A DNA stretch of 64,000 nucleotides, taken from positions 23,824 to 87,823 of the forward strand of contig CAYZYT010000004.1 of the NCBI GenBank assembly GCA_964482725.1, in the 5' to 3' direction. Each line of letters starts with the position of its first letter. Position 1 is the first letter of the stretch. The notes below the pieces were generated by a model. That model ran no database searches and was not told the DNA's origin. It was given only the letters and a program-made list of their open reading frames with translations. Below are positions 11,026 to 20,146 of this stretch, piece by piece. This stretch comes from an uncultured bacterium. Lineage in GTDB: Bacteria; Omnitrophota; Omnitrophia; Omnitrophales; Aquincolibacteriaceae. The translations under genes and the position numbers were made by a program.

Positions 11026-11049
11026 GGGGTGGGCTCCTTTTTAAAATGA

Positions 11050-11085
11050 ACCCCGCCGCATTCTTGTGAATGCGAGAGACGGGGT
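11050..11085. promoter_or_regulatory. Stem-loop immediately upstream of the adhesin RBS
   Basis: accccg-c-cgcattc-ttgt-gaatgcg-agaga-cggggt inverted repeat; function not established. Confidence 0.35.
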
Positions 11086-11392
11086 AAATTTAATTTGCCA
11101 GCGATGTGTGGCGAAAGATGTGAACTGGGATAGCGTGAAAATCTTTGAAGGGAGTGATGGATTACATTTTTTTAAAATGGGAATCGTCCTTTTAAATCTT
11201 TAAGAATGTTTCGTCTATAATATTTCTCATAAAGACTTCGTAATCTCAAACCGCACTACGTCTCTGTAGATACGGCAAAGGACAAATAATCTGAAGCGGC
11301 TGAATTCTATACCCGGTCTATAGAGACACGCAACTCTTTTTATCCCTTTTTATCCCTTCCCCGCGGACCCCTCAGAGGCTGCGCGCCTTGTC

Positions 11393-11743
11393 AGGGACAG
11401 GTCTGCTTCGCATCCTTAGACCAGTCCCTAAAAAACAAAGGTGACAATCACCGGCAAAAGCGACTGCCACCGGCGTACCAACAGGGACAGGTCTGTTATT
11501 CCTTCCAAGACCTGTCCCTAATTACTTCCAAAACCAGTCCTGAATCCCCAGGGACAGGTCTGCTTCGCAGTCTTAGACCAGTCCCTAAAAAACAAAGGCG
11601 ACAATCACCGGCAAAAGAGACTGCCACCGGCGTACCAACAGGGACAGGTCTGTTATTCCTTCCAAGACCTGTCCCTAATTACTTCCAAAACCAGTCCTGA
11701 ATCCCCAGGGACAGGTCTGCTTCGCATTCCTAGACCTGTCCCC
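11393..11743. repeat. Array of five 37-bp palindromes AGGGACAGGTCT-N13-AGACC(A/T)GTCCC(T/C) in a 157-bp tandem unit (REP/BIME-like)
   Basis: Copies start at 11393, 11483, 11550, 11640 and 11707; linkers alternate 53 and 30 nt and are themselves duplicated. Confidence 0.9.
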
Positions 11744-12051
11744 GGAAAAACAACGGTGGCGGGGAAGAAAACAGGATCCGCCCTGTTTCAAAAATTTTTC
11801 GCTCCCTTGGATTTAATCGCCCGTGGTACAGATGATTAAGCAAGATAGAGCTTTATAGTATTCGCTAGGCCAAAAAAATACTTACTAAACCACCCTCATT
11901 TGCTTTTTTCCTATTCGCCAGATATACTTCCTTCAGAGATAAAGAAAGTGGAACGCGCTATTACGACCGAAGTCTTTGGAAAACGCACTGCAGCTCGATC
12001 GCTCTTTTTGAAAGGGGTTTGGGTATGCGAACAGAAACCTTGGGCTTTAAA

Positions 12052-12477
12052 ATGAAAGCACCTATGGAAAAAGTCACCCCTGTAAAAAAAAATCCTTCCA
12101 AGCAAAAAAGAATCCTCATCATCGAAGACGAATATAGCGCCAGCAAGTTCCTGACCATGCGGTTAAAAAACCTCGGCTTCACGGTTTCCGCCGCTTTCGA
12201 CGGCATGACCGGCCTTAAAGAAGCGACCGAAACGATCCCCGACCTTATTATTCTCGACCTGATGATCCCCAAACTTCCCGGCGAAGAGGTCTGCAAAACA
12301 CTCCGCGAAAGTTTCGATGAAAGGCTTGTGAAGATCCCCATCATCATGCTGACCGGCAAGGATTCGATGGTCGACAAGATCCTTGGCAAGGTCATCGGGG
12401 CCGATGCTTATTTGACAAAACCTTATGAATTTAGCGATCTTTTAGAGGTGATCAAAAAAATTCTTCCAGATGCCTAG
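12052..12477 (+). CDS. Single-domain response regulator (REC)
   Basis: ILIIEDE, PDLIILDLMIP (phosphoacceptor Asp), IIMLTG, GADAYLTKP. Start uncertain (12019, 12052 or 12064). Confidence 0.9.
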   Translation: MKAPMEKVTPVKKNPSKQKRILIIEDEYSASKFLTMRLKNLGFTVSAAFDGMTGLKEATETIPDLIILDLMIPKLPGEEVCKTLRESFDERLVKIPIIMLTGKDSMVDKILGKVIGADAYLTKPYEFSDLLEVIKKILPDA

Positions 12478-12529
12478 GTTTTGAAAACAAGGAAATCCCG
12501 GGAAAAGATCCCGGCTCGGAAAAGAGGTC

Positions 12530-14227
12530 GTGGAGATGGACCAGGAAAAGTTCTCACAGCCCGGGTTGAAGATCCTCCTCGTCGAAGATGATCAGGAATT
12601 CGCGGATATCCTCAGGATCCGCCTCAGCAAAGAAACGAATCCCCCGCTCGAGATCACCTGTGCCCCAACCCTGCAGCAAGCCCTTGAAGCCCTGAATGAA
12701 ACGACTTGGGACCTCGTCCTGCTGGATCTGATGCTTCCGGATTCCTCGGGCATCCAGACCTTTACCACATTCCATGCCCAGGCCCGGCACACCCCGATCG
12801 TGATCATGAGCGGCCTGGATAGCGATAGCCTTGCGATCGATGCGGTCCGCAAAGGAGCCGAAGATTATCTGGTCAAGGGCGAGCTTAATTCCAGGCTCTT
12901 GCTCCGCATTCTGCATCACGCCATTGACCGCCACCGGATCAAGGAAAAGCTCGCTTCCGTCACGGGTCGCCTGAGAGACACGAATTTGAAGCTCGAGAAG
13001 ATGGCACTTTTGGATCCCCTGACGTCGCTTTACAACCGTCGAGGACTCCAGCAGGCCTTCCGGCGCGAAACCCAGATCCTTGCGCGCGAAGGCGGGAACC
13101 TCATGGTCTTGATCCTGGATATCGATGATTTCAAGAAGATAAATGATTCTCTGGGCCATCCGGTCGGAGATATCCTCCTTAAAGAAACCGCTAAAAAGAT
13201 CCAGGATTCTGTGCGTGCCTCAGACCACGTGGCAAGAGTCGGCGGCGATGAATTTATCTTGTTGCTCCCCAGGACCCAGCTCGCGGAAGGCCTCCGCCTC
13301 GCGGAACGGCTTCGTTTCGCGGTATCGAGCACCACGATCACCGTTTCGGAAAAAGAAACCCTCAGGATCACTGCGAGTTTCGGGTTGGCGCCTGTGCCGA
13401 GTCATGTGACCTCGGTCGATGATCTCCTGTCCATCTCCGACCCTTTTTTGAGACAAAGCAAGAACGAAGGAAAGAACCGGATCTCCTTCCCGCAGGCGGA
13501 AGGTCAGGGACACGAGATCGAAATGTCGGATTCGCAGCACATGACGGAACTCATGCGCGGCGGCAACGATTTCTTTGCCTTGAAACAACCGATCCTGCGC
13601 CTTGCGGATCAATCCGTAGTCGGCTACGAATTCCTCTCGCGCCTCAAGAACAGCGGGATCCACACCCCCGATGAGTTCTTCCGCGTCGCGCTGGAAAACA
13701 ACATGCTTACCTTGGTGGACCATCATTGTTTTCGCTCCTGTATTTCTGCTTCCGCCGCGCTTCCCCCCAAAATGCACCGGCATATCAACCTTTTCCCGGC
13801 CACGATCATTGATCTTGCGGTCGAAGAGCTTGTCGAAAAACTGGCGCTCAATTGCCCGGCCCAGAGCTATTGTCTGGAGATCAGCGAGCAACAGATCCTC
13901 GGAGAGCCCTCCCACTTGATCGGCCCGATCGAAGAGCTCAAACGTTACGGCATTTCAATCGCCGTTGATGATGTGGGGTTCGGTAATACCTGCCTCGAGA
14001 GCCTTATCCTTCTCGAGCCGGATGTGATCAAGATCGACAAAAAATACGTCATCGGGATCGCCCAAGACCCGCACATGGAGCGTTCGCTCCGCCGCACGCT
14101 CAAGGTCGCGGAGGATTTGAACGCTGAAGTGATCGCCGAAGGCATTGAAACCCAGGAAGACCTCGACAAACTCAAAGAGCTCGGGGTCCGATACGGTCAG
14201 GGTTTCTATCTCGGGATGCCCGCTTAG
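12530..14227 (+). CDS. REC-GGDEF-EAL diguanylate cyclase/phosphodiesterase
   Basis: N-terminal REC; DPLTSLYNRR, DIDDFKKIND, RASD I-site plus GGDEF; EAL domain with GYEFLSR, DDVGFG, IKID, AEGIET, QGFY. Confidence 0.95.
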   Translation: MEMDQEKFSQPGLKILLVEDDQEFADILRIRLSKETNPPLEITCAPTLQQALEALNETTWDLVLLDLMLPDSSGIQTFTTFHAQARHTPIVIMSGLDSDSLAIDAVRKGAEDYLVKGELNSRLLLRILHHAIDRHRIKEKLASVTGRLRDTNLKLEKMALLDPLTSLYNRRGLQQAFRRETQILAREGGNLMVLILDIDDFKKINDSLGHPVGDILLKETAKKIQDSVRASDHVARVGGDEFILLLPRTQLAEGLRLAERLRFAVSSTTITVSEKETLRITASFGLAPVPSHVTSVDDLLSISDPFLRQSKNEGKNRISFPQAEGQGHEIEMSDSQHMTELMRGGNDFFALKQPILRLADQSVVGYEFLSRLKNSGIHTPDEFFRVALENNMLTLVDHHCFRSCISASAALPPKMHRHINLFPATIIDLAVEELVEKLALNCPAQSYCLEISEQQILGEPSHLIGPIEELKRYGISIAVDDVGFGNTCLESLILLEPDVIKIDKKYVIGIAQDPHMERSLRRTLKVAEDLNAEVIAEGIETQEDLDKLKELGVRYGQGFYLGMPA

Positions 14228-14230
14228 ACC

Positions 14231-16519
14231 ATGCCCCAAAAAGACGCAGCGAGCGCCCAGACCACCCGCGAAAAAACAGCCTCGGTCCTTTATTCGACCC
14301 GGGTAAAGTTCCTGCTTGCTTTCATCCTCCTCGCGAGCTTTACCGTCGGAACCTTCCTCGCCATGCACCAGGAGATCCGTCACACGGAACGCAGCGCGAC
14401 GGTCATCAGCTTCTTGGAAAACCAGTACAACCAGATCCAGAAGGCCACCTTCTTTTCAACCGCTTATGCCCAGTCGATGGACGTGGAGGAACGGAAAACT
14501 CTCCGCATCAACGCCCATGAAGCGCTGGCCTCTTTGCTTGTCTTCGGCACGACTTCCAACGACATTATTTCAAGCAAAACACAACTGCCGCTGGAACTCA
14601 TCCCCACGCTCCGCGAGCTGTATTTTTCTTCTTCGGCCCCTCTGAACCGGGAAGTGGAGGAATATTTTTCCACTTTAAAAAAATTCCTTATGAGCTCTCC
14701 GATCCGGGTTCGCCTGGACAACGCGCAATTGCTGGCGTTTCAGGGGAAAAGCGACCAACTCCTCGACTCGTTACGTTCCACGATTGAGAAATTCCAAAAA
14801 AAAACCGGGGCGAAGATCACCGCCCTTAAAAATCTCGATCTGGGTCTTTTCTGCTTCAACCTGTTGTCCCTCGTTTTGGTCGGCCTGTTGGTTTTCCTGC
14901 CAACGCTTCGCAGTCTCGGCCTTTTCCTCCATCGCCTTGAAAACATGAACGCGGCGCTGGAGGTCAAGGTCTCGGAAAGGACCGCGGAGCTCGAACAAAA
15001 AACGCGGCAACTTATCCTCGGCAACGAAGAGCTTCGCGAGCAGATCGATGAGCGGATCCGGATCGAAAGAGAGCTCCGGCAAGCCAACACCTTCTTAGAC
15101 TCGGTCATCGAGAACATCCCGAACATGCTCTTCATCAAAGACGCCTCCGAATTGCGCTTCGTGCGTTTCAACCGCGCGGGGGAGGACCTTTTGGGATACA
15201 AGCGCGAAGATCTCCTAGGGAAAAATGATTTTTCTTTTTTTGCTAAAAATGAGGCGGATTTTTTTATCGAAAAAGACAGGGAGGCTCTTCGTTCTCAGGT
15301 GATGTTGGAGATCCAGGAAGAGACGATCCACACTCAAAAAAAGGGCGTTCGGATCCTGCACACTAAAAAGATCCCGATCCTGGACTCGCAGGGAAAACCT
15401 TCCTATCTGCTCGGGATCTCGGAAGACATTACGGAAAAGATCCAAACAGAACATCAGCTGCGCGAATTCTCCATGGCCATGGAGAACGCCCTCGACGGCA
15501 TCGCGCGGCTGGATCCCAACAAAAAGTTCTTAAGCGCTAACAGGGCCTACGCCGCCATGATGGGCTATGCCCCGGAGGAACTGGTAGGGCTGAACCGCAT
15601 GTCGACGATCTGCCCGGAGGATTCCGGCAAGGCGCTTGCCGCTTTTGAAAAAATGCTCGTCGAGGGAAAAGCAGAAGCGGAGGTCAAGGCCCTCCGGAAA
15701 GACGGCTCGATCTTCCATCAATATATCGTTCTTGTCAAAAATATGGACAAAGGCCAGAAGTTTGACGGTTTTTACTGTTTTGCAAAAGACGTGACGGAGC
15801 GTAAATATCAGGAATCTCTCGAGATCAAAGCCGATCTGATCCAGATGGTCTCTCATGAGCTCCGCACGCCGATCCATTCGGTCAAAGAAGGTTTGAGCAT
15901 CGTCCTGGAAGGGCTCACGGGGGAGATCACTCCCGAGCAAAAAGAAGTGCTGAATATCTCCAAGCGATGCGTCGACCGGCTGGTGCGCCTTGTCAATGAT
16001 GTGCTCGCCTTCCATAAGCTTGAGGCCGGCGTGATCGAATTTCACATGAAAAAAGAAAACCTGACCCGGATGATTGAGGAGGTGGGCACCTCGATGCGTC
16101 CCTTGGTGGAGAACAAGAACCTCTCGTTAAAGCTGGCGCTCCAAAAGGATCTTCCGGAGATCGAGCTGGATCGCGACAAGATCGTTCAAGTCCTCACGAA
16201 TTTTTTACAGAACGCCATTAAGTTCACGCTTCAGGGCGAGATCACGATCACCTCCTCCTTGAACGCCGACGGAGTGAGGGTCTCGATCAAAGACACGGGG
16301 ATCGGCATTCAGAAAAAAGATGTCCCGAAGCTCTTCCGGAAATTCGGGCAGCTCGAATCCGCGAAACTTGTTGCGCCGGGCGGCACGGGGCTGGGACTTG
16401 CCATCTCCAAGATGCTCGTGGAACGGCACCATGGAAAGATCGAGATAGAATCAGAATACAAAAAAGGCAGCGCCTTTTCCTTCCTGCTCCCGCTGGAACA
16501 ACCCAAGTCCTCCAAATAA
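14231..16519 (+). CDS. Membrane sensor histidine kinase with two PAS domains
   Basis: Two TM segments flanking a periplasmic region; PAS-PAC repeats (EDITE, KDVTERK); H-box SHELRTP, N-box NAIKFT, G1 DTGIGI, G2 GTGLGLAI. Confidence 0.95.
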   Translation: MPQKDAASAQTTREKTASVLYSTRVKFLLAFILLASFTVGTFLAMHQEIRHTERSATVISFLENQYNQIQKATFFSTAYAQSMDVEERKTLRINAHEALASLLVFGTTSNDIISSKTQLPLELIPTLRELYFSSSAPLNREVEEYFSTLKKFLMSSPIRVRLDNAQLLAFQGKSDQLLDSLRSTIEKFQKKTGAKITALKNLDLGLFCFNLLSLVLVGLLVFLPTLRSLGLFLHRLENMNAALEVKVSERTAELEQKTRQLILGNEELREQIDERIRIERELRQANTFLDSVIENIPNMLFIKDASELRFVRFNRAGEDLLGYKREDLLGKNDFSFFAKNEADFFIEKDREALRSQVMLEIQEETIHTQKKGVRILHTKKIPILDSQGKPSYLLGISEDITEKIQTEHQLREFSMAMENALDGIARLDPNKKFLSANRAYAAMMGYAPEELVGLNRMSTICPEDSGKALAAFEKMLVEGKAEAEVKALRKDGSIFHQYIVLVKNMDKGQKFDGFYCFAKDVTERKYQESLEIKADLIQMVSHELRTPIHSVKEGLSIVLEGLTGEITPEQKEVLNISKRCVDRLVRLVNDVLAFHKLEAGVIEFHMKKENLTRMIEEVGTSMRPLVENKNLSLKLALQKDLPEIELDRDKIVQVLTNFLQNAIKFTLQGEITITSSLNADGVRVSIKDTGIGIQKKDVPKLFRKFGQLESAKLVAPGGTGLGLAISKMLVERHHGKIEIESEYKKGSAFSFLLPLEQPKSSK

Positions 16520-16663
16520 AGGGACGGTTCTCGCCAACCCCTTGAAATCCAAGAAGATACGAAAGAACTGTCCCCTATTATGGGTTTTCTTTGAAAACCG
16601 TTTCTCTGGGGACAGGTCTGCTGTAACTTATTGTGAACCGGAGGGTTAGCGAGAACCGTCCCT
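16520..16663. repeat. 144-bp composite inverted repeat built from GGGAC(A/G)G(G/T)TCT half-sites, between convergent genes
   Basis: agggacggttctcgccaacccc (16520) pairs with gggttagcgagaaccgtccct (ends 16663); internal agaactgtcccc and ggggacaggtct; same half-site as the 11393 array; may also act as a terminator. Confidence 0.8.
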
Positions 16664-16676
16664 GGGTGGGGGGGGG

Positions 16677-18338
16677 CTAATCTTCGTGACGGATCCCCTG
16701 AACGCCCGCGGCATTCAAAAGGAGCGTAACGGCAGGACTTGATTTTTGGGAACCCACTTGTCCGACGCGAAGAAGGATCTTGGCCTCACCCTTCGCGGGG
16801 ATCCATGCGGGTTGAATATCAAAAAAAGTTTCTTTGGTTTCAATTTGCGCGCACTTTTCTTTTCGCCCGTCGCTCATCACTTCCAAGCGATAGACCGTCC
16901 CCTCTTTGGGGGCAACGCCCTGCTCAACCGCCAAATCCTTGAAGGATAATTTCCCTCCGGAGAATGAAAATCCATCCAGCGGATTGACGCGAGAAAACCA
17001 GTAACGAACGATCCTGTCACGCCGCTCGATCAGGGTCTTGGCAATAGTCTCTGCGTCTTTGGCGTCGCTATATTGCCCAGCCTTGACCACCGCCCGGATA
17101 TCCTCATCCGAAAAGCTCAGCAGAATTTTCGCGGCCCAAAATCCATCGGCACGGGTCACGAGCCGGAACGATTCATAGGGAAATTGCGCTTTATAGCGCG
17201 CCGGGTCAAAAAGTTCGTTGTTAAAATAACCCACGGCCGGAGACGCCTGGATCTTTTCACCCGCCAGACGCCATTTTTTCTGCCAGGGTTTCTCCCAAAA
17301 CCCTAAGGCCAGGATCGCTTTGGAGGTCTCTCCATAATCGACCACGTATTCATAACCCAACATCGGCACCTTCGGACCTTCCTGCGTCGCGCCCAGGGCT
17401 CCGTTAAAATCAGCCAGGTAATGCTTCATCACGACCTGACCGTTCTCCTCGACCGACATTTCCAAGGTGTCGCTTTCCCGGAGATCATAATGGTTCAACC
17501 AGGAGGCGAAGATCCCCAGCGCCCTGAGCTCCCGGCGATCGCGATGGTTCACCAGGTCCGCGGGATCATCCTTCCGTCGGGATTCGAAACTGAAGATCCC
17601 GTGATAGTTCCCTTTCATGATCTTGCACGCCGAAGCCCGGTAAAGACCCGTCTCGTTCTGAGGAAGAACCATCAGGTACTCTTCAAATCGTTTTTGGCTG
17701 AGCTCCTTTTTAAAGCCCGTGTCCTCCCAAGTCGTTGCGGCCGGAGCCACCTGGAACTGATCGGGTTTGATCGAAAGGATCGTGAACTGCGGCACCTCAT
17801 AACCCAAGGCGTAGTAAAACCGGCTGGCAATAACCTCCGCCCCTGTCACCAGTTCCATGTTCCCCTGAGGATCGAATTCCAAAAGATATTCGTCTCCCCG
17901 CGCGTCCTTGACCCAGAACCGGGGATAGATCCCCCGCTGTTCCGCCGCCATAACCTGCAAGGGTTGGCTCATGTCAGGCCCTGCGGTTTCCTGATATCCT
18001 TTTTCAAGAGCTTCCGGGGAGCGTTTCTCGCGGCCCTGCCGATTCACAAAAAATCCGGAATCCGGCACTTCATCAAAAATGTTCACGTTTTTCGAAGGAA
18101 GCTCTTTTCCGGAAAGCTTCCTTCCCCAACGCCCGAGATCGAGTTGGTTGACGCCTTCGCTATAAACATTCTGGTCAAAAAGGTCGCTGTAAAACGAGGA
18201 TTCGCTTTCTTTAAATTTTACTGTCTCGCCGGCCAGAGACATCCCCGCAAATCCGAGCATCCCCGCCCCGAAGACCCAAAGCGCCAGTGTCTGACGCGCT
18301 TGCTTTGTTTTTTTAAGTCGAGTGTTCATGTCTAGCAC
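16677..18338 (-). CDS. Exported uncharacterised protein with probable atypical kinase-like fold
   Basis: Signal-peptide-like N-terminus. Motifs DEVPDS, KDARGDEYLLEFD, EVIASRFYYALGY, WLNHYDLRESD and HYLADFNG recall HipA/PI3-4K-like kinase motifs (by eye). Confidence 0.6.
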   Translation of the reverse strand: MLDMNTRLKKTKQARQTLALWVFGAGMLGFAGMSLAGETVKFKESESSFYSDLFDQNVYSEGVNQLDLGRWGRKLSGKELPSKNVNIFDEVPDSGFFVNRQGREKRSPEALEKGYQETAGPDMSQPLQVMAAEQRGIYPRFWVKDARGDEYLLEFDPQGNMELVTGAEVIASRFYYALGYEVPQFTILSIKPDQFQVAPAATTWEDTGFKKELSQKRFEEYLMVLPQNETGLYRASACKIMKGNYHGIFSFESRRKDDPADLVNHRDRRELRALGIFASWLNHYDLRESDTLEMSVEENGQVVMKHYLADFNGALGATQEGPKVPMLGYEYVVDYGETSKAILALGFWEKPWQKKWRLAGEKIQASPAVGYFNNELFDPARYKAQFPYESFRLVTRADGFWAAKILLSFSDEDIRAVVKAGQYSDAKDAETIAKTLIERRDRIVRYWFSRVNPLDGFSFSGGKLSFKDLAVEQGVAPKEGTVYRLEVMSDGRKEKCAQIETKETFFDIQPAWIPAKGEAKILLRVGQVGSQKSSPAVTLLLNAAGVQGIRHED

Positions 18339-18340
18339 CT

Positions 18341-19663
18341 TTAGAACGCGAGCTTGTTCTTAACATAGAACCGCGTACCTTCATTGCCGTGAGCGACCGA
18401 GAAATTCAAAAGCGAGTTCCGGGCATAGCTGATATAAAGACCGACACCGTAAGATTCCCGGAGATCTTTCAGCCGGAATTGGTGGATCTTACCGAAGACC
18501 TCTCCCGTATCCGAGAAAAAGGCTGTTTTCACCTTGAACGCTTTGTATTCCATCACGGTGTAGCGATACTCCAGGTTCAGGAGCAAGGCGCTTTGCCCGT
18601 AGAACCGGTTGTAAACAAAAGCCCGTGCTGTTTCGCTGTCCCGCGTATTCGTCCCGGCACCACCCAGTTTTGCCATTTCATAAAAAGGGAGGTTTCCGTC
18701 TATCGTCTCGTTATGTTCGGCAAAGATGCGTGCCACAAAAATGCGGCGGGGGGACGCGAGCCGGAAATATTTCGCCATGTCGATCTGGTACTTTAAAAAA
18801 CGCGCCGGGGAGCCGTTGACGCCGTCGGTGAACCGAAAAAGCAGTTTTTGATAACTCCCTTTCGTGGCCTCATCTTTGCTGTCACGCGTATCGCGTCCCA
18901 GCGTCAGGGAATAGTTCAAGAGATCGTCCCCGCCGATGCCCGGGATATTCTGCCCGGCGAAAATGCCCCGGATATCCCCTTTGCCATCATGGGTCCGGTT
19001 TAAAATATTCACTTTTTTGTAATCAAATCCCGCTTCAAGATCGATCGTGGGAGAGAATTCATAACCGGCCCGCGCGCCCACTTGGGTGGTTTCCATCCTG
19101 TAGGACGTGCCGTTGCCCCTGCTGGTGTGCGGCCCGATACCATAAAAAGGTTCTTTTTGCTGGAGATCATAGTTAAAAATCCCTTTGGTGTGAAACCCGG
19201 TCCCGCCGATCCTCTGCGCTCCGATCTCGGAACCCACCTCAAAAAACACGCTCGGACAATACAAAAGGGTGGTGGTGGCAAAAAAATCGGGGTATTTTTC
19301 TTTCTGCTTCGCCAGGGCTAAAAGATTCAGCTCAGCGCCAAAGAAAGGGAGCGCGCTTAAGTCCGTGAATCCGAAGAGCGGCTTGATCCCTTGTTTGAGC
19401 GATTCTTCGTAAAGCCATATTGTTTTCTTATCAAGCCGGTGGTTTTCGCTAAAAATGATCCCCTGGTCCATGGGCCACTTGATCAGTTTAAAAGGAAGCT
19501 CGATGACCCGTGAAAAAGCGCCTTTAAGGGGTTGGGCGGAAAGAGGCTGGGTGTAAACGGGCGCGTAAAGATCGGCTTTTTTCTCCTCGCCATATCCGAG
19601 AAGAGCGAAGGCGAACAGCCCAAGGCAAAGGAAGCTAAAAATTTTTCTGGCTTTTAGGATCAT
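18341..19663 (-). CDS. Omp85/BamA-TamA family outer-membrane beta-barrel without POTRA domains
   Basis: Signal peptide; PFYGIG, LGRDTRD, LPFYEMAKLGG...RAF...RFYG (L6 loop equivalent), NLEYRY, amphipathic strands and C-terminal Phe; only 440 aa. Confidence 0.8.
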   Translation of the reverse strand: MILKARKIFSFLCLGLFAFALLGYGEEKKADLYAPVYTQPLSAQPLKGAFSRVIELPFKLIKWPMDQGIIFSENHRLDKKTIWLYEESLKQGIKPLFGFTDLSALPFFGAELNLLALAKQKEKYPDFFATTTLLYCPSVFFEVGSEIGAQRIGGTGFHTKGIFNYDLQQKEPFYGIGPHTSRGNGTSYRMETTQVGARAGYEFSPTIDLEAGFDYKKVNILNRTHDGKGDIRGIFAGQNIPGIGGDDLLNYSLTLGRDTRDSKDEATKGSYQKLLFRFTDGVNGSPARFLKYQIDMAKYFRLASPRRIFVARIFAEHNETIDGNLPFYEMAKLGGAGTNTRDSETARAFVYNRFYGQSALLLNLEYRYTVMEYKAFKVKTAFFSDTGEVFGKIHQFRLKDLRESYGVGLYISYARNSLLNFSVAHGNEGTRFYVKNKLAF

Positions 19664-19747
19664 GGCTCAAAATATTCGTGATTGAAAGGCCTTCCGGAAC
19701 TTTCCAAAAAGGAACGGCTGGTATTTTGCACTCTTTGCGTCCGAGAA

Positions 19748-20146
19748 TCAATAGAGTTTGTCTTCTTTTTCAAAAGCGTCCACGATCAGGCGCATCTCGG
19801 GCGCTTGCCCCTCTCGCCAGAGGATCGCCACCACGTCAAAGGCGATGGGGATTTTTTCGAACTTCTTTTCTTTCATATACCACTGGGCCACCTTGAAGAT
19901 CTTTTCTTGTTTTCGAAGGTGGACGGCCTCCTGCGGCATCCCGAATTGGGTGCTCGTTCGCGTTTTGATCTCAACGAAGGCAAGCCGTCCGCGCCGCCGG
20001 GCGATCACATCGATCTCCCCGATCTTGCATTTGAAATTCTTTTCCAGGATCTCGTATCCGTGCTCTTTCAGGAACCCGCAAGCCGCCGCTTCGCCCCGCT
20101 CGCCGAGCGGCGCTCGAAAGGGCCCGGGATGAGGAGTGAGCCTCAC
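19748..20146 (-). CDS. yraN: YraN/UPF0102 family endonuclease-like protein
   Basis: GERGE, GEIDVIA, FVEIKTR, FDVVAI; typical position after rnhB. Confidence 0.9.
   Translation of the reverse strand: MRLTPHPGPFRAPLGERGEAAACGFLKEHGYEILEKNFKCKIGEIDVIARRRGRLAFVEIKTRTSTQFGMPQEAVHLRKQEKIFKVAQWYMKEKKFEKIPIAFDVVAILWREGQAPEMRLIVDAFEKEDKLY

Noticed and set aside
11026-11390. c-di-GMP riboswitch upstream of the adhesin
   Set aside because: I could not see the class I/II consensus by eye; an Infernal/Rfam scan would be needed
11393-11743. CRISPR array interpretation (37-bp repeats, 30-53-nt gaps)
   Set aside because: Spacers are duplicated and alternate in length, the repeat centre varies, there are no cas genes in the window, and the half-sites recur elsewhere
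16667-16676. Poly-G run as a phase-variation tract
   Set aside because: Lies downstream of both convergent stop codons, not in a CDS or promoter
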